Positions 48,215-58,559 are shown, counted from the stretch's first letter. The stretch is 64,000 bases of DNA from Phycisphaerae bacterium (GCA_963666835.2 CAXXGO010000001.1:1504001-1568000); one strand, 5' to 3'. The notes: a model not told the origin generated them from the sequence alone. Translations and numbers: made by a program.

Positions 48215-50197
48215 ATGTCGGAAACCAGGCCAGGCGTTCTTCCCGATCATCTGCGCGCCCGGCAGACCGCCGAGCGCCGCGAGTTCGGGGTGCAGGTTGT
48301 TGCCATACTTATGGCAGTAGTCTGCTTCTCCGCCGCGGCGTTGTTCACCGACGACATGAACGAGATTCGCAAGGAACGCCAGTTGGTGATCGACCCGGAG
48401 TCAACGAAAGGGCTTCCGTCGGATATCGCTTTGCTGGGGAAGCTCGGTACTTTTCGCGCTTTGGCGATTGACTGGGCTTCGATCCGAGCGGGGCGGCTTC
48501 GAGAGGAGGGCAAGACCTACGAGGCGTTGCAGCTTCATGAGACGATTTGCGTTTTGGCCCCGCGGTTCCCGAAGGTATGGGCCGACGCCGCGTGGAACAT
48601 GGCATACAACATCTCGGTCGAGCAATACTCCCCCGAGGGACGCTGGACCTGGGTGAAAAACGGCATCGAGCTTCTCCGCGACAGGGGTATCCAGTTCAAC
48701 ACGCGGGCACTGCTGCTGTACAAGGAGCTGGCTTACATCTACTGGCACAAAATCGGCGACATCATGGACGACGAGCATCTTAACTATCGTCGGGCCTTGG
48801 CAGTCGATATGGAACGCACCTTGGGCGCCCCCCCGGTCACCGTTGACGACGCGGGGTATATTGATTGGTTCCGCGAGATCGTCGAGGCGCCTCGGAACCT
48901 GCAGGGGTTCATCGAGGGTGACGTAGAAGTAAGGCATTTGGTCTCGGCACTCGAGGCGGTCGATCTTGCCCCGGACAGTTCGCTGCTGGAGTTCGTGGCG
49001 CGGCACGATCGGCCGGAGCTGCGCGAATCCGATCTCATCGAGAATCGTGCCGCATTGGACGCCGACCGGGCGGCCGGGTTGGCGGTCGTTTTCGACGAAG
49101 ACTCCGCCGAAGCACTTAAGCGGCTGCTCGCCGCGGTCAGGTCGAAGGTCCTGCGCGAGAAGCACAAGTTCGATCTGGATATGATGCTCCGCCTGATGGT
49201 CGAGGAGTATGGTCCACTCGACTGGCGCAACAACTTCGCCCATGCGTTGTACTGGGCGAGCCGCGGAGACGAGATGGCGAAGGACTATCACGGGCTCGAC
49301 CGCGCGGACCAGCTCAATACGGCGCGTCTGGTGTTCTTCTCGCTGCAGAGTCTGATCGACCGCGGACGGATGGTCCTCTATCCGGATTTCGATGACCCGT
49401 TCATGTCGTATTTGGATCTTAGCCCGGACACCCGTTATATCCCGTATCTTCACGACGCGTACATGCGGCTGGGGAAGAGGCTGCACGAGGATCACGAAGA
49501 CTACGTGGAGGGTACGCCCGGTCCGAAGTTCATGAACGGGTTTGTCACGGCCATGCAGAACTGGATATTCCTGCTCTACTTCGAAGGCGGAGAGCGGAAC
49601 CTGAAGCTGGCCGAGAACTACTACGCCTGGCTGCGCGAGTACAATCCGCACCCCGACGGTACGACGCAATCGCGATACATGAAGACTCTGGACGAGTTCG
49701 TCATGGGCGATGTTCTGAGCCAGCTTCAAACGTACCGGGCGGCGGGGGCGATCATCCGTAATCTGGTTACAAGAGGTCTGAAGCAGTACTCTTTGGGGCA
49801 AAAGCGAAGCGCTGCCACCTCGTTGGCGCGGGCCCAGTTGTGTCACGACTACTGGATGCAGGATTCGGACGCCGACATTAACGACCGGATGAAACTGGAA
49901 CCGCTGGACCGCATCGTTCGGAACCAGATCATCGACTTCATGAAGGAGCCTACGTTCGAGCCTCTGTTCAAGGCGCGCTTGTGGCGGGAGCTGCCGTTGG
50001 AGTACCGGCAGGTGACTTACGATTCTCTGCGCCAGTACTTCGGCGAGCTATGCGAGAGCCGCTCCCCGGTCTGGTCGGTTTCCGCGGCGTTTCCCGAGCC
50101 TGCGGGAATGAACGCGGCGCGCCGTCGGATGCAGAAGACAGGAGGCCCTTCGGAACCCGGAGCGGACGTCGAACAAGGCGAGAAGCACAAGGACTAA
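48215..50197 (+). CDS. Membrane-anchored helical protein of unknown function (PilG/XapA-like N-terminal domain)
   Basis: One N-terminal TM; LGTFRALAIDWASIRA...ICVLAPRFPKVW...AWNMAYNIS...RWTWVKNGIELLRD motif. Confidence 0.75.
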   Translation: MSETRPGVLPDHLRARQTAERREFGVQVVAILMAVVCFSAAALFTDDMNEIRKERQLVIDPESTKGLPSDIALLGKLGTFRALAIDWASIRAGRLREEGKTYEALQLHETICVLAPRFPKVWADAAWNMAYNISVEQYSPEGRWTWVKNGIELLRDRGIQFNTRALLLYKELAYIYWHKIGDIMDDEHLNYRRALAVDMERTLGAPPVTVDDAGYIDWFREIVEAPRNLQGFIEGDVEVRHLVSALEAVDLAPDSSLLEFVARHDRPELRESDLIENRAALDADRAAGLAVVFDEDSAEALKRLLAAVRSKVLREKHKFDLDMMLRLMVEEYGPLDWRNNFAHALYWASRGDEMAKDYHGLDRADQLNTARLVFFSLQSLIDRGRMVLYPDFDDPFMSYLDLSPDTRYIPYLHDAYMRLGKRLHEDHEDYVEGTPGPKFMNGFVTAMQNWIFLLYFEGGERNLKLAENYYAWLREYNPHPDGTTQSRYMKTLDEFVMGDVLSQLQTYRAAGAIIRNLVTRGLKQYSLGQKRSAATSLARAQLCHDYWMQDSDADINDRMKLEPLDRIVRNQIIDFMKEPTFEPLFKARLWRELPLEYRQVTYDSLRQYFGELCESRSPVWSVSAAFPEPAGMNAARRRMQKTGGPSEPGADVEQGEKHKD

Positions 50198-50224
50198 TGG
50201 TGCCGTTCGGATGTCAGGAGGTTG

Positions 50225-50734
50225 TTAACGTCTCCGGATCGCGGTACGCAGCAAGGCGGTCAGTCTCTCGCAGACGAATTCCCGAAAGACCTTACCGTCC
50301 AGATTGCGCAAGCGCAGCATAGGGCCGCTGACCAGTTCGCCGGCAATGTCGGGGGCATAACGGGTCTCGTGAAACGCGATGGCCTCCGTCGTTACCGTGC
50401 CCAGCAGTTGGGCGCGATACTCCCCGAAGCCGAATTCCATCTTGATTTCCCGTCCGCCGGACAGGAAGTTGGACACATCCAATTCGAGAGACACTCCCGA
50501 CGCTGCGTACTTCTCCTTTATCTCCATGAAGATACCGACGAGTTCATTGATGGTCAGTGTCCGAAGAGCTTGAATTCGGTCGGGCTCGTCGGGAGACGAA
50601 GCGGCCTGGGCCTTCTTCTCTCTTTCCTTAATGACGGTGAGCAGGGAGTCCAACTCGCTCTCCGAGGTGTGCTCCTTTGGCGGCGGAGGCCGGTTCTTCT
50701 CGATCAGCTTCTGATAGTCGCTCAAGGCGCACAC
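50225..50734 (-). CDS. Hypothetical protein
   Basis: 169-aa ORF with protein-like composition and AGGGGA RBS; no domain recognised. Confidence 0.7.
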   Translation of the reverse strand: MCALSDYQKLIEKNRPPPPKEHTSESELDSLLTVIKEREKKAQAASSPDEPDRIQALRTLTINELVGIFMEIKEKYAASGVSLELDVSNFLSGGREIKMEFGFGEYRAQLLGTVTTEAIAFHETRYAPDIAGELVSGPMLRLRNLDGKVFREFVCERLTALLRTAIRRR

Positions 50735-51182
50735 AGAGAGTCCCCTGGGGTTGCCGTCATCGCGCTTTCTCCGCTACCGGGATTATCGGAGGTCGCGCGG
50801 CAGAGGTGGTCCGCGAAGGCGAAGGCGCACCGCTGTCTCTGTGTTGAATGTCGGACTGCGGGCGGAGTTGCTTGACCTCTCAACTTGGGGGGGCGGACTC
50901 GGTCCGGAAGGTGTTTCCCGGACCGACGTACGGGGACCGGGCTGGAGCCAGTCCCTCTTACTTCTTCAACGCATGACCGCATCTCCGGACTTGCGAGCCC
51001 CGTAAAGCTGAAAGGCGAGCCCGCTCTTTCACCTTGGTCATGGGAGGACCGACATAGAGAACGCGGCCTAAGATATACACGGAACGGGGAAGAGGCCTGC
51101 GTTTTCGGGGCGTCGCCCGGGTGCTGCCGGAGCGGGGGGCGGCGTTCGTCCGATAGCATCGTTAGCCGGAGCCGTTGAGAGA

Positions 51183-51210
51183 TTGACATGCCTCGCAGCG
51201 GTTCTAGGAT
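51183..51210 (+). promoter_or_regulatory. Putative sigma70 promoter of the FHA kinase gene
   Basis: TTGACA-N16-TAGGAT about 135 nt upstream of the start. Confidence 0.5.
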
Positions 51211-51343
51211 GGCCGGTCATACCACTCGGTTAAGCAGGAATTCGCGCTGCCCCGCGCGATTCCGGGCGGTCACGTATGGATACCGGCAGGTGAGTAGTTC
51301 CAGTCCTCCGGATGTGCGGTTGAGCGGCCAGGGAGCGTGAGCA

Positions 51344-53008
51344 TTGCCTACCCTTCATGTAATTGAGGGCCCGGACCAGGGTCGCACGTATCAAGTTCCC
51401 GCTGAATCCGCCGTCATTGGGCGGTCGTCGGAGGAGATTCAGTTGTCGGACGCGGGCAGCTCGCGTCGTCATGCGGAAATCCGCCGGGCTAACGGAGGCT
51501 GGCTCGTCGCCGATCTGGGAAGTTCAAACGGTACGCTTCTAAACGGGGAACCGGTGGTGTCGGTGGCGCCGCTGGGGGATGGGGATCACGTCAGAATCGG
51601 CAACACTGTTCTGGTTTTTGCGGCTCAGGAGCACATTGACGGATTCACCGGGGCTCAGCGGATTCGCGACCTGGTGGATCTCGATCTGGACGATCGCGTT
51701 GAGGAATCCGCGATCATTGAGGCCGTGGATACCTCCGAGGACAGTGTCATACTAAAGGCACCTGAGACCGCTGACGCGGTAGCCGCTTGGAACGTTGTTC
51801 ATCGGATTGCCGAGACGATGAGCACGCCGAGGTCCACGGAAGCGTTCCTGGAGAACACCGCAGACATTATTTTCGAGCATCTTGTTGCAGATCGGCTTGT
51901 GCTGCTCACTTGCGCCGGGCGGGGGAAGGAGTTGGTTCCCCAAGTTGTGCGCTACCGGACAACGGACCGCAGTCAACGGCCGCGGATTGTGACTTCGCGA
52001 TCCGTCGTCCAACACGTGGTAGAAACGCGCGACGGGGTACTTTGCGCGAATACGATGACGGAGGATCGTTTCCATCGGCACGGTAACGAGGACAGTATTC
52101 AGCAGATGGGAATGCGCAGCGTGATCTGCGTGCCTATCGTCGCGGGTGACGAGATTCACGGTGTGTGTCACCTGGACTGCGCCACGGCGCATCATACATA
52201 CACTCCGGAGCAGCTTCGCATCGCCGTGGCGATCGGCCGGTTGACCGGCATGGTGATCCAAAACGCGCGGCTAGTCGAAGAGCGGATGCGGACGGAGCGG
52301 TTGGCCGCGGTCGGAGAGGCGGCGGCGTATCTTTCTCATCACATCCGCAACATCTTACAGGGCTTGCAGGGTGGGGCGGATGTAGTGGAGCTGGGTTTCC
52401 GCAAGGAGAACCTCGGAATAACGAAATCCGGCTGGAGGCTCGTTAGCCGGAACCTGGACCGGATCTGCCAGCTCACCATGAACATGCTGACCTTCAGCAA
52501 GAAACGGCAGCCCCGGATCGACGTTACCCAGCTTAATACGATTGTCGAAGAGGTCGTAGGACTGGTGCGGGGACGGGCCGATGAGCGATCGATCAGCCTG
52601 GCGATGAAACTCGGCGATATTCCGGAAATCCCTCTGGACGTGGATGGCGTTCACCAGGCCGTTCACAACATTCTGATCAACGCGATCGACGTGGTTCCGG
52701 CGGATAGCGGTCGCGTCGACATCACCACGGCTCTGGATTCTGTCGGCGGATGTGTGGTGTTGTCGATTAGGGATAACGGCCCCGGCATTCCCCCGGAGGC
52801 GATTGAGACGATGTTCCAGGCCTTCCAGTCGTCCAAAGGGCATGGGGGGACCGGGCTCGGGCTGGCCGCGGCGAAGAAGATTGTCGATGAGCTCAACGGC
52901 CGACTGGAGGCGGACGGCGCGATCGATGCTGGGACGACCTTCCACATACGCCTTCCGCTGGTGCAGCCGAACAGTGGGGAGAATGGCGGATCCGATCCGG
53001 ACGAGTGA
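51344..53008 (+). CDS. FHA-GAF sensor histidine kinase
   Basis: IGRS...SRRHA...DLGSSNGT (FHA); RSVICVP (GAF); LSHHIRN, NILINAID, DNGPG, GTGLGL. Confidence 0.93.
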   Translation: MPTLHVIEGPDQGRTYQVPAESAVIGRSSEEIQLSDAGSSRRHAEIRRANGGWLVADLGSSNGTLLNGEPVVSVAPLGDGDHVRIGNTVLVFAAQEHIDGFTGAQRIRDLVDLDLDDRVEESAIIEAVDTSEDSVILKAPETADAVAAWNVVHRIAETMSTPRSTEAFLENTADIIFEHLVADRLVLLTCAGRGKELVPQVVRYRTTDRSQRPRIVTSRSVVQHVVETRDGVLCANTMTEDRFHRHGNEDSIQQMGMRSVICVPIVAGDEIHGVCHLDCATAHHTYTPEQLRIAVAIGRLTGMVIQNARLVEERMRTERLAAVGEAAAYLSHHIRNILQGLQGGADVVELGFRKENLGITKSGWRLVSRNLDRICQLTMNMLTFSKKRQPRIDVTQLNTIVEEVVGLVRGRADERSISLAMKLGDIPEIPLDVDGVHQAVHNILINAIDVVPADSGRVDITTALDSVGGCVVLSIRDNGPGIPPEAIETMFQAFQSSKGHGGTGLGLAAAKKIVDELNGRLEADGAIDAGTTFHIRLPLVQPNSGENGGSDPDE

Positions 53009-53177
53009 GCATGCGGGAGCAGCGGCAAGGGCAAGTCCGGGGCGGCGTTTGGCGGATTCCCCTTCCTGACGGGCTAGTGCTTTGTCGCACGTAGAGGTTC
53101 GGGGCAATACCCACGGCGCTACGTTCCTGCGCCGCTCAAGAGCAGTTGCACACCCAGAACCCAGTCGTGACTCAGCA

Positions 53178-53552
53178 TTAATCGAACCCAAGTTGGGCGA
53201 GATCTTCCTCGGTGAGGCCGAAATGGTGCCCGACCTCATGAAAGACCGTCTTGCGGATTTGTCGCACCACCTGTCGGCGGTTTCGGCACATCCGCTCGAT
53301 GTTGCGTTGGTAGATGGTGATGTGATCGGGGAGGCTCATGCCCTGTTCTACGCTTCTTTCGGTCAGCGGGGTGCCGCGATAGAGTCCGAGCAGGTTCCGG
53401 CGACTGTCCAGGCCCATCGAGTCGATGATGTGTTCGTCCGGAACCGGTTCGACGTCTACGATCAGCTCGGACATGAACGGGCGCAACGGCTCGGGGATAT
53501 CCTCGAGCGCCTCAGCAACCAGTTTCGCGAACTCCTCGTCTGAAAGCCTCAT
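53178..53552 (-). CDS. Zincin-like metallopeptidase family protein
   Basis: LLGLYRG, PDHITIY, VFHEVGHHFG. Confidence 0.9.
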   Translation of the reverse strand: MRLSDEEFAKLVAEALEDIPEPLRPFMSELIVDVEPVPDEHIIDSMGLDSRRNLLGLYRGTPLTERSVEQGMSLPDHITIYQRNIERMCRNRRQVVRQIRKTVFHEVGHHFGLTEEDLAQLGFD

Positions 53553-53703
53553 GTCGTTTGGTTTCCACGCCGACGGGCGGCATTGCGGTCCCGGTGGTCA
53601 GCCTCAGTCTTCTCGAATAGCATAGCGGTGGATTATCGAGACCGGTAGTGCGGGGGCGGACCTCGCCCCGCGGTTTCGCACAGGTCCATCGGGAGAGCGG
53701 GAC

Positions 53704-54705
53704 ATGGGGCGATTCGGGTTGAGTACGAGGACTTCGACATTCGGGTTGGTCGCACTGTTGTGCGGGACCGTTCTCTCCGGCTGCAGCGCGCCCAGTCTGC
53801 TGATTACTCCCGTGTCCGGCAAGCGCGATCTTGTGGAAACGGTGCTGCAGCGGGACTCGATATGGGCTCGGGACAAGATTGCGCTGATCGATGTGACCGG
53901 GGTCATCATGAACGCTCCGACCCCCCAACTTCTGGGAGAGGGAGAGCACGCGGTCAGTTATCTTCTGGAACAGTTGGCGATGGCACGGCGTGACCCGAAG
54001 GTCCGCGCGGTTATCCTGCGAATAAACTCGCCCGGTGGAAGCGTTGTGGCCAGCGAGCTGATGTACGACGAGATCCGTCACTTTCGCGAAGCCGGGAAAC
54101 CGGTAGTAGCGGTCATGATGGATGTGGCGGCCAGCGGCGGATATTACATCGCCTGCGCTTGTGACGAGATTGTGGCCCAGCCGTCTACGGTAACCGGGAG
54201 CATCGGGGTCGTGATGCAACTGGTCGATCTGAGCGGAACGATGGAGATGATCGGGATTCGCAGCAACGCCATAACCTCGGGCGACTTCAAGGATGCCGGA
54301 TCGCCGTTCCGCGCTCTGCGGGATGACGAACGGAAGCTGTTCCAGGGGATTGTGGACGACATGTACGGCCGATTCGTGAAGGTCGTGGCCGAGGGGCGTC
54401 CGAATCTTGATGAGGCCGCTGTTAGGGAGCTGGCGGACGGGCGGGTCTTCACCGCGACCCAGGCTTTGGAGCACGGCCTGATCGATCGGATTACTATCTT
54501 CCGCGAGGCTATTAAGCAGATTAGGGAACGGATCGGGGCCAAACGGGTCCAGCTTGTAACTTACCGCCGCCGCACGGACTACCGGCCCAACTACTACGCG
54601 CTCGGGCCGCCGAATCCGCCGCAGCAGGTCAACCTGATCCAGTTGGATGTACCGCTAATGTCGAGCGCTCCGCGTTTCATGTACCTCTGGGCTCCGGGGC
54701 GATGA
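53704..54705 (+). CDS. sppA: Signal peptide peptidase SppA (36K type, S49), lipoprotein
   Basis: LRINSPGG, AASGGYYIA, TGSIGV, FKD, DGRVF; lipobox LSG|C. Confidence 0.93.
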   Translation: MGRFGLSTRTSTFGLVALLCGTVLSGCSAPSLLITPVSGKRDLVETVLQRDSIWARDKIALIDVTGVIMNAPTPQLLGEGEHAVSYLLEQLAMARRDPKVRAVILRINSPGGSVVASELMYDEIRHFREAGKPVVAVMMDVAASGGYYIACACDEIVAQPSTVTGSIGVVMQLVDLSGTMEMIGIRSNAITSGDFKDAGSPFRALRDDERKLFQGIVDDMYGRFVKVVAEGRPNLDEAAVRELADGRVFTATQALEHGLIDRITIFREAIKQIRERIGAKRVQLVTYRRRTDYRPNYYALGPPNPPQQVNLIQLDVPLMSSAPRFMYLWAPGR

Positions 54706-54776
54706 CGGGTAACCGATTATCCAATCAGGCCGGCTCTGATTCGCCGCGCGGCTAGCAGGTAACGAGGAGGCTAGTT

Positions 54777-57254
54777 GTGCCGGGTGCTCCGAAGGAACGG
54801 AAAGAAACACGGGGAGAACTCCGGTTGTCTTCGGCGGCGATTGGCGGGGTCAGCCGGCGTGGCGAGTGGCTTGTTCTGAGCGGTATTCTGCTGCTCGGAC
54901 TGGCGTTGCGCGTAGCCTACCTTTCTGAAGCTGCAACTACGCCGGAATTCTCCGCACCGGCAATCGATCCGGGTTACCATGACTACTGGGCTCGAGGACT
55001 GGTTACCGGTGATTGGACTCCACCGGAGGGTCAACCTGATCCGAGGATTACGTCCACTCCATACTTCGTGCCGCCGGGGTATCCATACTTTTTGGCTCTG
55101 GTCTATCGAGTAGCGGGATTGAGTTACGTTTCCCCTCGGGTTATGCAGCTTCTCCTGGGATTGGCGAATATCGGGCTGGCGTTTTGGTTGGCGAGGATCT
55201 GGTATGGCAAGACGGTGGCACTCGTATTTGCAGGGCTCATGTCCGTATACTGGGTGTTGATCTACTATGAGGGCCAGTTGCAAGAGCCGATTCTACTGGT
55301 CTTCTGCATCCTGGTGAGCCTGCACCTGATCGGCAGGTGGTTGAGCAATCGGTCGTGGTGGTGGGCGGCGCTCGGCGGGGTGCTGCTGGGGGCGGCTTCG
55401 CTGGTGCGGCCCAACGCGTTGGTGTTCGTGCCGATCGCAGGGCTCTGGATGTTGTGGGTAGGGCGAGGGCGGGCGGAGCGTCGCCGGAGTTTGCTTGCGG
55501 TTACCGGCCTTGTTGTAGGTGCCGTCGCGGCAATCTCCCCGGCCACGATTCGCAACTATGTGGTAGCGGACGATTTCGTTCTGATCTCGGCGAACGCCGG
55601 TGTTAACCTGTTCATCGGCAACAACGAGGACGCCGACGGTTTCTACTACGGCAGTCTTGGCGGGCTGGGGGAGTTTGGTACGTGCTTCGAGTATCCGCGG
55701 ATCGTCCGGCAAGTAGAGCTGGCGACCGGTAGACCGCTCAAGTACTCCGAGGTCTCTTCGTACTTCTCGGCCCGAGCTGTCAAGTACATTCGTGAGCACC
55801 CCGGGCGGACTCTGCGTATGACGATGAGAAAGGCGGCACTCTTTTGGGGGCCCCACGAGATCTCCCACAACCGCGTCGTCCACTATGACCGCTTGTTTTC
55901 GAAGGTCCTTGGCAACCTGCCCGGGGACTTCCCTTTGGTCGTAGCATTCTTCGCTCTCGGTGTCGCATCCATGTCATTAGAACTGCGAAGAACCACCGTT
56001 CAAGGCGGTGGGTGGACCGAACCGCAGAAGCTCTCGTTGCTGATCCTGCTAATGGTCCTGGGGTACTTCCTTTCGTATCTGCCGTTTTTCAGTACGGCGC
56101 GGTTCCGCGTCCCGATCATTCCGTTTCTTCTCCTTTTCGGAGCTTGCGGTCTGGACATGCTCGGACGGTTGGCGCGAGCGAAGGACTTTCGCCGGATTGC
56201 GGTATGGAGCGTCGTGGTGGGCGGGGTGTACGTGGTGGCGCGAATGTCGCCGGTGTCGTACGAGCCGGATCTTGCCGAGTGGTTGTCTGCTCGCGGAGAC
56301 GCCTGCCACCGGCTCAATGCCCCTGACCGGGCGGCCGTGTTCTTCAAAGAGTCGTTGAAGATCGACCCGGATAATCCGCGCGTCTACTGCAGTTTGGCGA
56401 TATCGCTCATGGAAACCGGGTCGGCGGCGGAGGCTGTGGCGGCTTGGGAGGACGCACTTCTCGTCGATCCCGGCAACGATCGAGCGCACTGTGATCTCGG
56501 CAACGCCTTGCTGCTGATGGGGCGACCGGACGAGGCGGAGCCCCATTTTGAGGCGGCCGTGCAGCTTCAGGCCAATTACCCCGCTCCCTACATCAATCTG
56601 GCTAATCTCAGCGCCGGGCGCGGTGATACGGATAGGGCTCTTCAACTCTACAGGCAGGCCCTGAGGCTGGCCCCCGATGCACCGGAGGTGCATGTCGGCA
56701 TGGGTATGGTGTTGGCCAGGCGCGGAGAATTCCAGGCTGCTGCCGCCAGTATTGAAGAAGCCCTGCGACTTCAACCCGATTGGCCGGATGCCTACGTGAA
56801 TCTGGGCGTGGTCTTCAAGGAGGCGGGGCAATTGCGAGAGGCTGCTGCCAGCTATCGGCGAGCGCTTCAGTTGCAGCCGGCTGACAGCAGAACGCACCAT
56901 AATCTGGGCGTGGTTCTCGAGGAACTCGGCGAGACCGACGCGGCCGTGCGCGAGTTTCTGAGGGCGATCGAGGTGTCGCCGGAGCAGGCCTTGACGTATC
57001 TGCGGCTGGGGGCGTTGATGCTCGAGCAAGGGCAAGCCGAACCGGCCCGGCGATATCTGGAGGTAGCATGCCGGCTGCTGCCCGACAGCGCGGAGGCACA
57101 TTTCGCTTACGCGAAAGCCCTCGAGCGGGAATCCGAAATCGGGGCGGCTCGAGCGGCGTTTGAAGCCGTTCTGCGGATTGACCCGGATCACGGTCCCGCC
57201 GCCGAGGGGCTGACTCGTCTGCGGGAGATGCCGGAAAGGGGTCCACCTCCATAG
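54777..57254 (+). CDS. GT-C fold (PMT/ArnT-like) membrane glycosyltransferase fused to a TPR array
   Basis: IDPGYH, PPGYPYFLA, LVRPN, NLFIGN, ARFRVP; C-terminal TPRs (AHCDLG, PYINLA, AYVNLG, THHNLG). Confidence 0.85.
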   Translation: MPGAPKERKETRGELRLSSAAIGGVSRRGEWLVLSGILLLGLALRVAYLSEAATTPEFSAPAIDPGYHDYWARGLVTGDWTPPEGQPDPRITSTPYFVPPGYPYFLALVYRVAGLSYVSPRVMQLLLGLANIGLAFWLARIWYGKTVALVFAGLMSVYWVLIYYEGQLQEPILLVFCILVSLHLIGRWLSNRSWWWAALGGVLLGAASLVRPNALVFVPIAGLWMLWVGRGRAERRRSLLAVTGLVVGAVAAISPATIRNYVVADDFVLISANAGVNLFIGNNEDADGFYYGSLGGLGEFGTCFEYPRIVRQVELATGRPLKYSEVSSYFSARAVKYIREHPGRTLRMTMRKAALFWGPHEISHNRVVHYDRLFSKVLGNLPGDFPLVVAFFALGVASMSLELRRTTVQGGGWTEPQKLSLLILLMVLGYFLSYLPFFSTARFRVPIIPFLLLFGACGLDMLGRLARAKDFRRIAVWSVVVGGVYVVARMSPVSYEPDLAEWLSARGDACHRLNAPDRAAVFFKESLKIDPDNPRVYCSLAISLMETGSAAEAVAAWEDALLVDPGNDRAHCDLGNALLLMGRPDEAEPHFEAAVQLQANYPAPYINLANLSAGRGDTDRALQLYRQALRLAPDAPEVHVGMGMVLARRGEFQAAAASIEEALRLQPDWPDAYVNLGVVFKEAGQLREAAASYRRALQLQPADSRTHHNLGVVLEELGETDAAVREFLRAIEVSPEQALTYLRLGALMLEQGQAEPARRYLEVACRLLPDSAEAHFAYAKALERESEIGAARAAFEAVLRIDPDHGPAAEGLTRLREMPERGPPP

Positions 57255-57440
57255 TGTGCCGGCGTTGAGGAGGCGGTCTGTCTGTTCGGGCGCCGCAGGG
57301 CGTCGACGTCCGTCCGGCCCGCAGGTATTCGGCTGATTCCCCAGCGGGGCGGGTTTGGCCTCTGCGGCTTCGTCAGCGCGGGCTCCGGGTCGCGGGTGGA
57401 ACGCAACTTCTAGTTGACACGTAGCGTCGGCGCTGTTGTT

Positions 57441-58559
57441 ATGCTTCTCGTGCCTGACGATGATGATAGTTACACTCCGCAAGCGGTAATCGCCGCCGTC
57501 TGTGTCGATGAAGAGGCGTTCGACCGCCTGGGCCGCGTTCTGCGGTACCTGGCCGTAGGATTAGTTGACCAGGCCGTCCACGTTCGCTTGCTGAGTTCAG
57601 ACCGACGTATCGAGAGCTTAAGTCTGGGTCCGATTCAGACAGTGCTCCATGAGCCTATCGTGTGGCCTTTCGAGAACCGGCGGATCTCGAAAGTCTTGGA
57701 GGCGGCGGCGCACCAGGCTCCGACGGTTGTACACGGTCTGTCCGCGGGGTCATATCGGTTGGCCACGGCGTTGGCCGATGCCTTCGATGCCGATCTCGTG
57801 CTCCAGGTCACTTCGTTAACCGATTGCGATCGTATCGCCCAGATGGACCACGGGCGAGTGGGGGCGTTTTTGGCGTTCAGCGGTTCGCTGGCGCGGGTGT
57901 TGGAAGAACAACTGAAGGCGCCGGCGGATCGTATCGAGCTGGTGAGGCCCGGGATCCTGGCGTCGCAACAGATTGCCTGCTTCGCTCGGCCGGAAGGCAT
58001 CACTACGCTATTATGTACGGCCAACTTCGAGCGCGAGCGCGGGGTCGACCGGCTGATCGACGCAATTGACTTGCTGCGGCAGCGGGGTCACGAATTGCTG
58101 GCGTTTCTGTTGGGGCGTGGACGTCAGGAGTCCGCCCTTCGCCGCATGGTGCGGGATAGGAACCTCGCGTCGTACGTGGCGTTCGCTCATCCTCTGGGCG
58201 ATCACGCCGATGCGATGAAGAGCGCGGATATTTTCGTTCGTCCGACTAACGACGGGGTGTTCACCGCCGACGCTTTGCAGGCGATGGGGGCCGGCATGGC
58301 CGTGGTTTCGTTCCCCAGCACGGTTTGCGATTACCTTCGGCATGGCGAGACGGCCGTGATCTGTGCGGAGTCGACCGGGGTTGCGCTGGCCGATGCGTTG
58401 GAGGAGCTGATCGTCAACCGGGATCGGGCTCGGGAGGTCGCCGCCGCCAGTGCCGACTACGTTCGGTCTCACCACGCGATGAGCGCCATGGCCGAGCGGA
58501 CGGCCAACACGTACCGGAAACTCGCCCTCGCCCGGGCTACTTTCCCAATCACGGAGTAG
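57441..58559 (+). CDS. Glycosyltransferase family 4-like protein
   Basis: VRPGI, ERGVDRLIDA, ADIFVRP, AMGAG, HGETAV; start uncertain (57441 or 57450). Confidence 0.8.
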   Translation: MLLVPDDDDSYTPQAVIAAVCVDEEAFDRLGRVLRYLAVGLVDQAVHVRLLSSDRRIESLSLGPIQTVLHEPIVWPFENRRISKVLEAAAHQAPTVVHGLSAGSYRLATALADAFDADLVLQVTSLTDCDRIAQMDHGRVGAFLAFSGSLARVLEEQLKAPADRIELVRPGILASQQIACFARPEGITTLLCTANFERERGVDRLIDAIDLLRQRGHELLAFLLGRGRQESALRRMVRDRNLASYVAFAHPLGDHADAMKSADIFVRPTNDGVFTADALQAMGAGMAVVSFPSTVCDYLRHGETAVICAESTGVALADALEELIVNRDRAREVAAASADYVRSHHAMSAMAERTANTYRKLALARATFPITE

